From Acidimicrobiia bacterium (GTDB taxonomy: Bacteria > Actinomycetota > Acidimicrobiia > Spongiisociales > ZC4RG35), in contig OZ244034.1 in the NCBI GenBank assembly GCA_965215185.1, positions 384,001-448,000 on the forward strand: DNA of 64,000 nt. The letters are read 5' to 3'. The notes beneath the pieces are model-generated. The model ran no database searches. It was not told the DNA's origin and saw only the letters and a list, made by a program, of their open reading frames with translations. The position numbers and the translations under genes were made by a program. This document shows, piece after piece, positions 55,978 to 64,000 of this stretch (position 1 is its first letter; every line of letters starts with the position of its first letter).

Positions 55978-56873
55978 GTGAAAGCAGGGGTCCAATGGCT
56001 GACAACCGCAATCATGGCAGGAGGACTGTCAGTGTTGGTGGCGAGTGGATGCGGGAATCCGGATTCTCCCACGGGTCTGGAGTGGACATCCACCGCCCCT
56101 GCTTTCTCATCGGATGTAGTCGAGCCACCAGGGCAAAATCCTGATCCAACCCAGCCGGCTCCCGAGGAGAATCTGGCGGAAGACGTTGCCACCAGCGCAA
56201 TCTCCCCCGCCGCGGTCAACACAACCATCGTTCCGACCACTGTTCCTGCGACTGCCACGACCGAATCTCCCGTAACCTCGACCGCGCCGGATCCAGAAGT
56301 GACGGAAGAGAGTGTCCTCGACCAGCTCCTCGAGGAAGTACCGAACTCAACTACAACTCAAGAGACGGAGGAGAGGCTGATAACCCAACCGGGTGCTGTT
56401 ATGGCCAATGATTACTGGGCCGATCTTGGGTTTCCCGACCCCGCGGCGCCACCGGTGGAGGACCCCGGACGGATTCGCTACGCGGAAGGCCAGTTACGGA
56501 AGATCTACTTCAAGTGGACGACGCGGTCTACCGCAAAGATTCTGAAACCCTTTGGGAAGCGGTGACCACAGAGGGTGCATATGAGAAAGGAGTGGCGGCC
56601 ATGGAGCGTTTGACCTTCACTGCGCCGCCGACATTGGAGGGGGTGAAGGTAAAAGTACTGGAACTGTACATCGACCATCCGGATTGTCTGGTGGCGGCAT
56701 ACGAGATGGACATCAGTTCTTTTCGAGAGACGGGTGGTCTCATCGAACAGACAACGGTAATGTGGTCGCACCCCCGCTACGGATGGCGTAGCAACATCTC
56801 TTTTGGGTGGCCCATTATCTATGGGATGTGGTGGGAAAACTGCTTTATAGCGGAGAGACCCGATTTTCCGTGA
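55978..56873 (+). pseudogene. Hypothetical lipoprotein, apparently split by a frameshift near 56515
   Basis: Lipobox VASGC and Thr/Pro-rich linker in ORF 55978-56565. The second frame (56514-56873) overlaps it by 52 bp and continues naturally (KIYFKW / DDAVYRKD). Confidence 0.55.
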
Positions 56874-57910
56874 GAAGAGGCCGCGGGGGGTGGGTGGGGA
56901 TCACTTCGGTGGCAGGTGTATCGGTGTCGACGCCCGCATTGGCCGACTCTCATGGGTATTCAGAGGCGGTTTGCACTGTCAGTTTTGAGGTGGAACCGGA
57001 GTCAGAGGCACTCAGACCTGTTACCGAGTGCGTCCACACTGAGGAAGGCGAGTCCAGTTCGGTTTCTTCCTCCGGCACCTACCACTTGCAAATCGCCTCC
57101 AGAGGTTGCTTCTACCTTGGAACCACGTTCACTCAGTGGGTCAGGCTCGAATATACCGAGGACGGTGAACTGGAGTACGGCTGGTCGCCCGATGGCAGGC
57201 CGGGTGGGCACACCGTGATAGGTACGGCTCGACCTTGTTCATGGACGGGGGTGGAGAGAGAGGAATTTGAAGGGTTTGTGTGGAGCAGGATCGGGAACTA
57301 CGCCCATCAATCTCCTGAGGTCTCTTTGGATCCGCCCATTCCGCGCGGCTTGATGGGCATTGAGACTTTCGCGGCCATGAACGTTCCCTCTCCCTGGACA
57401 TTCTCTTCGACTTCCCCGTACACCGGCACGTCCCTGATGGCAGAGGTCAAAATGCGACAGGTGACTATCGACTGGGATGACGGCCCCACGCAGGTGTTCA
57501 GCGGTTCCGACCTGTCGGCGTTCACCGGATACCCCGACGGGGTGGCCAGTCACACCTACCAATCCAAGAGCTGCGAAACAGCAAGCCCGCGCTGTCGCGA
57601 TGAAACAGGCCCTTACCAGATCGAAACCTCGTACCCATGGTCAGGCTGGTATCGAGTTGGAAGTCGGCGAAGGAGTCTCAGCATTCCCAACACTTCCTCC
57701 TCCACCGACTATCCGGTCGCCGAGATGATTCCTCTGGTTAGGCAGGCGAATGGGGGTAGTGACCAGATCGAAGGCGACGGCGGCACCACCAGCCAAACCA
57801 AAGGATCAGTGCGAGGAATGGCAGAAGCAACACGACGAAACCCGCCACCAAAGGGAAGCGGCCGGCGATGGACAGCAGCGTATCGGCGCCGGCGCCCACG
57901 GCCGCGGTGA
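56870..57910 (+). CDS. Hypothetical secreted protein with PKD-like beta-sandwich motif
   Basis: Signal-like N-terminus ending PALA-D; TIDWDDG...SHTY motif; GTG start overlaps the upstream TGA; the 3' end is uncertain. Confidence 0.55.
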   Translation: MRRGRGGWVGITSVAGVSVSTPALADSHGYSEAVCTVSFEVEPESEALRPVTECVHTEEGESSSVSSSGTYHLQIASRGCFYLGTTFTQWVRLEYTEDGELEYGWSPDGRPGGHTVIGTARPCSWTGVEREEFEGFVWSRIGNYAHQSPEVSLDPPIPRGLMGIETFAAMNVPSPWTFSSTSPYTGTSLMAEVKMRQVTIDWDDGPTQVFSGSDLSAFTGYPDGVASHTYQSKSCETASPRCRDETGPYQIETSYPWSGWYRVGSRRRSLSIPNTSSSTDYPVAEMIPLVRQANGGSDQIEGDGGTTSQTKGSVRGMAEATRRNPPPKGSGRRWTAAYRRRRPRPR

Positions 57911-58586
57911 AACTGGTGGATCCGTCTTCTTGAACTTGCACCAGGATTCTGGAATTAGCCAGGATCTTCTCCAGTTCGACACCACCGGGGCCCACGGGAA
58001 CCGCGCTGGCCTCCAGCCACACCTCGAGGCCGTCATTGGCTACCTGACCAGCGAGTTTCCCGTCCACCACGGGCTCAACCAAGGCGGCTATCAGGAATCC
58101 TTCCGGGTCAATGTTGGCGAAGTCTCCTTCCGCAACTATGAACGATCCAATACTGAGACGCTGATCTGTGGAAAGGATCTCCACATCGGTGAGGGGGATC
58201 CTGCCCTGGTTAGCCACCTCCACGCAGAAGAACAGCAGAGCATCGGGTTCGACTGTGATCTCTTTGGCCCCGACACAGGCGTCATCGGCATTGTCTGCCA
58301 CCGAGGCTTTGAGGGTGATGCCGGTGTCGGAAGTCTCCACAGAGCTTGGGGCGAGGGCGTCGGATTGGGCATCTCCCATCGTCTGTTCGGGAGCCTGGGT
58401 GACAGGTTCCGGGCTGACGGTGGGCGCAGTGGTATCGGAGACTTGAGGGGTGTTGAGTGATTTATCGTTTCCTCCACAGGCACCAACCAGGAGGAGAACG
58501 AAAGCAATCAGGGCTGGCAGGAAGCTATGCCGTGCCCGGCGACCTCCCTCCCTTTCCCAGATGCGCTGGAACCGCACTTTTGGCAT
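57738..58586 (-). CDS. Hypothetical lipoprotein with one Cys-pair repeat domain and a C-terminal TM anchor
   Basis: Lipobox VGAC; domain DACVG...FFCVEVANQG homologous to the repeats in the neighbouring gene; TM segment + RRRLR. Confidence 0.7.
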   Translation of the reverse strand: MPKVRFQRIWEREGGRRARHSFLPALIAFVLLLVGACGGNDKSLNTPQVSDTTAPTVSPEPVTQAPEQTMGDAQSDALAPSSVETSDTGITLKASVADNADDACVGAKEITVEPDALLFFCVEVANQGRIPLTDVEILSTDQRLSIGSFIVAEGDFANIDPEGFLIAALVEPVVDGKLAGQVANDGLEVWLEASAVPVGPGGVELEKILANSRILVQVQEDGSTSFTAAVGAGADTLLSIAGRFPLVAGFVVLLLPFLALILWFGWWCRRRLRSGHYPHSPA

Positions 58587-58858
58587 GTATTTGCCTCTCT
58601 ACCAGGGAGACGACCCCTGGCACTATCAATTTTATAACGGGCACCGCAGATATGAGGGGGTATTTTCTGGGGGCCTCCCCAGGTCGGCAATCATCTGCCT
58701 TAGACAGCCCCTAAAGCGACGGAGAAACCTGCCTAGCGGGATCGAACACCGTGCTTTCCGAAGAGCACCAAGCCGCCAAAGGCAGACCCGCGCCATTGGC
58801 AGGATCCTCAGTTACAGGATTGTCCTCCGGTGTGCAGCAGCCTCTCCGGACCTGGCTG

Positions 58859-61300
58859 TCAGTCAGTCGGGGAGGAAGAATCCATCTCCGCCGGTGCGGG
58901 TGGGTCGGAACGGCGCCGGCGCCGTCGGCGGATCCACAACCAGATGGCCACCAGGATGGCGATGACGGGCGCAAACGGAAGCAGAGCCCCGACCACCACG
59001 GCCAAACCCATAACGATCGAGACCAGTGTTTCGAAGCTGGCGTCGAGAGCGTCGCTGAACCCGGTTGGCGAGTCATCTGGCCGACCAGCCAGTACATCCA
59101 CAAAGACCCGGGTGTCAGTGGAGACATCTTCCAAGGCAGCGCCTTCGGTGTCGACCGGAGTGGCGGTGGCCTCGATCATGATGTCGATGCCTCGCGTCGC
59201 AATGCGACCGGCCAAACGCCCATTCTCGATCGGCTCGCTGAGGGTAGCCGTAAGGAATTGACCGGGTTCGATCCGTTCAAAGTCACCGTGTTCGGGTGCG
59301 AATGGATTCTGGTCCAGGCGCATGCTGTTGGATCGGATCTGGATGTTGGTGAGGGCAGTATCCCCTAGGTTGCCTATCTCAAGACAGAAGTTCACGGTGT
59401 CCTCGTCAGGAGAAATGGCGATGGACTGCTCGCCTAGACAGGGGTCGCTGTTGTTGGCGGAGACCCAAGCAGTGATGATCATCCGGGTGTTGGGGAGCAC
59501 CTCTTGTGCGGCCACGAACACTCCGGTGGTGTCGGAGACAGTCTCCAGTTCGGACCCGTCGGTGTCCACCGGGGTAGCTATCGATGTGATACCGATGTCG
59601 AGGCCGCGGATGGCTACCCGTCCGTTAAGGCGTCCCTTTTCGACGGTTTCGGTGAGGGTGGCGGTGAGGAACTGACGGGGTTCGATCCGGCCGAAGTCGC
59701 CGTGTTCCAGGACCAACGGGTTGGAATCGAAGTCCAGTGCCGCGGACTCTATCTCGATGTTGGTGATGGGAACGTCGCCCGGGTTTGCCACGAAGACACA
59801 GAAGTTCACGACATCGTCGTCGGGCTTGACGATGATGGTTTTGGCGCCGAGGCAGGGATCGTCATCGTCGCCGGAGACCCAAGCATGCACTATTACGCCA
59901 GTGTTGGGAATCACTTCTTCGGCGGTGACGACAACTCGGGCCCGGTCAGAGATCACTCCCAGTTGAGGTATACCCGGTTCCATCGGGGTGGCGGTCGCCC
60001 CGATCAGGATGTCCAGACCTCGGGTGGCTATGCGATCAGCTAAACGACCCTTGGTCACCTCCTCGGTGAGAGTGGCGGTGAGGAACTGCCCCGGTTCGAT
60101 CCGGTTCAAGCTTCCTCTTTCCACCACGAAGGGGTTGTCATCCAAGGGCAAAACGTCTGAGTAGAGCTCAACATCGGTGAGTGTTACCTCTCCCTCATTG
60201 GCTACTTCCACACAGAAACTGACTGTGGCTTCCCGCTCGACCGAGAGGTTCTTGGTCCCAAGGCAGGGATCCTCATCAGCGGTAGAGACCCAGGCGGTGA
60301 CCAACAGTCCGGTATTGGGAAGGATTAAGGGTCGGTCGGGCAACTGACTGATCGCCAAGGTGATGGTGGCGAGGCTCACATGGTCCTGCAGGGTGCGCAA
60401 CTGGCCCCGCAACCGTTCAAGATCTGTCTCTCGGACCAGCAATTCCCGTTCATAGAAGGCCACGTTGTCGATGTTGGTGGCGGTTTCCAGGAAGCTGCGC
60501 AGACGGGCCACGCTGGCTTCGGAGGTGATGACCTGGCTTTGCAGGTCGACGATTCGCTCGGTCACATCATCGGCGCTGATCTGCTGGTCGATGAGTTCCC
60601 CGATCTGGGAGAGCCTCGACAGGGCTACTGAGAAGTCTTCCGGCAGCACCTTGAAAACGATCTCGGAGTAGGGCTGCGGCTGGGTGCGAGTTTGCTGGCC
60701 GAACACGAAACCTCCCAAGCCCTGCACTATGGCTATGGCCTCCCGGGTGGCGGCAGCTACATCGGGCGCCTCCACGGACACCCAGGCCCGGTAGATGACA
60801 TCCCGTCCAAAGGCGGAGGGAGTGTATGTAGTCGACACCTCGAGTACCGCGCCAGCCGTGGAACGGTCAACGCCAGCATCGTCGCTATCCACTATGTCGT
60901 CGAATGCTTCCTCCATCTCCATCTCGTCGTCGGAGGCCGCCATCTCCTCCGCCGCCTCCGCCTCCGCCATAGCCATGACAGCAGTTGCCTCCGCATCCCC
61001 GGCGGCTGCTGCGGCAGTTGCCTCCATCTCGGCCAGAGCCGTCTCCAAGGCCACCGTTGCTTCCTCCGCAGCGGCTGTCGAAGCGGCGGATGTCGTAGTT
61101 GGTGCAGCAGCGGCTGTCGTAGCTGCACCAGCATAGGTCGCGTCAGAGGCCGCCGCGGAGGCTTCGGACTCCGAGTAATCATCTCCGCCGCAAGCGCCGG
61201 CAAGTAGCAGGAACAGTGTCAAAACAACCAAAGAGGTACGGCGCGGCGACCCGCTCCCACCTTCGGACCTTCCAATTCCTGTGAAACGCCAGCGACCCAT
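58859..61300 (-). CDS. DUF4349-domain lipoprotein with three inserted tandem repeats of about 137 aa
   Basis: Lipobox AGAC; DVIYRAWVSVE...GGFV...ADDVTERIVDL...LERLRGQLRTLQDHVSLATITL (DUF4349-like); C-terminal GFSDAL...LLPF TM. Confidence 0.8.
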   Translation of the reverse strand: MGRWRFTGIGRSEGGSGSPRRTSLVVLTLFLLLAGACGGDDYSESEASAAASDATYAGAATTAAAAPTTTSAASTAAAEEATVALETALAEMEATAAAAAGDAEATAVMAMAEAEAAEEMAASDDEMEMEEAFDDIVDSDDAGVDRSTAGAVLEVSTTYTPSAFGRDVIYRAWVSVEAPDVAAATREAIAIVQGLGGFVFGQQTRTQPQPYSEIVFKVLPEDFSVALSRLSQIGELIDQQISADDVTERIVDLQSQVITSEASVARLRSFLETATNIDNVAFYERELLVRETDLERLRGQLRTLQDHVSLATITLAISQLPDRPLILPNTGLLVTAWVSTADEDPCLGTKNLSVEREATVSFCVEVANEGEVTLTDVELYSDVLPLDDNPFVVERGSLNRIEPGQFLTATLTEEVTKGRLADRIATRGLDILIGATATPMEPGIPQLGVISDRARVVVTAEEVIPNTGVIVHAWVSGDDDDPCLGAKTIIVKPDDDVVNFCVFVANPGDVPITNIEIESAALDFDSNPLVLEHGDFGRIEPRQFLTATLTETVEKGRLNGRVAIRGLDIGITSIATPVDTDGSELETVSDTTGVFVAAQEVLPNTRMIITAWVSANNSDPCLGEQSIAISPDEDTVNFCLEIGNLGDTALTNIQIRSNSMRLDQNPFAPEHGDFERIEPGQFLTATLSEPIENGRLAGRIATRGIDIMIEATATPVDTEGAALEDVSTDTRVFVDVLAGRPDDSPTGFSDALDASFETLVSIVMGLAVVVGALLPFAPVIAILVAIWLWIRRRRRRRSDPPAPAEMDSSSPTD
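59085..60319 (-). repeat. Three coding repeats (411 and 414 nt spacing)
   Basis: Units begin PNT at 60319, 59908 and 59494; each contains AWVS, DPCLG, FC...N.G, RIEP.QFLTATL and GR/DR.A.RG.DI. Confidence 0.9.
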
Positions 61301-61377
61301 ACTTCTTACCTTACCTTGGCCCTGTTAGACGGGATAGATACAGGCGGTCTCTTTACTTACCTGGTTACCCGCCACTC

Positions 61378-64000
<2,623 letters not shown>

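Overview
GC-rich bacterial DNA. Thr/Ala-rich lipoprotein linkers and gene style suggest an actinobacterium, possibly Acidimicrobiia; this is inference only. Layout: (1) 1-3.7 kb: a BCCT quaternary-amine transporter, divergent from an unusual 709-aa fusion of a ProX-type betaine-binding domain to a complete GluR0-like ligand-binding domain plus K+ channel pore (TVGYGD). This is the most striking feature. (2) 3.7-6 kb: housekeeping genes (msrA, class I aminotransferase, PaaI thioesterase). (3) 6.3-31.5 kb: a large catabolic cluster with an IclR regulator, a Liv-type ABC transporter, RidA, EthD, two hydantoinase/oxoprolinase A-B + class III aminotransferase modules, a family III CoA transferase, a TPP-dependent E1a/E1b/E2 complex lacking E3, two SDRs, an M24 enzyme and a convergent CitE-like lyase. 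(4) 31.6-45.5 kb: a GntR-containing island (peptide-type ABC transporter, CocE hydrolase, threonine aldolase, phosphotriesterase, amidase, Ldh_2 oxidoreductase) bracketed by a diverged repeat of the citE 5' end and followed by a second phosphotriesterase. (5) 45.5-54.3 kb: Zn-dehydrogenase/M24/PEP-utilising phosphotransferase operon and a tandemly duplicated EamA+MFS pair. (6) 54.4-64 kb: pepA, secreted hypotheticals (one frameshifted), a DUF4349 lipoprotein with three internal repeats and its one-repeat paralog, ligA and partial mnmA. I recognised no rRNA, tRNA, CRISPR array or transposase. All calls are by eye, without database searches.
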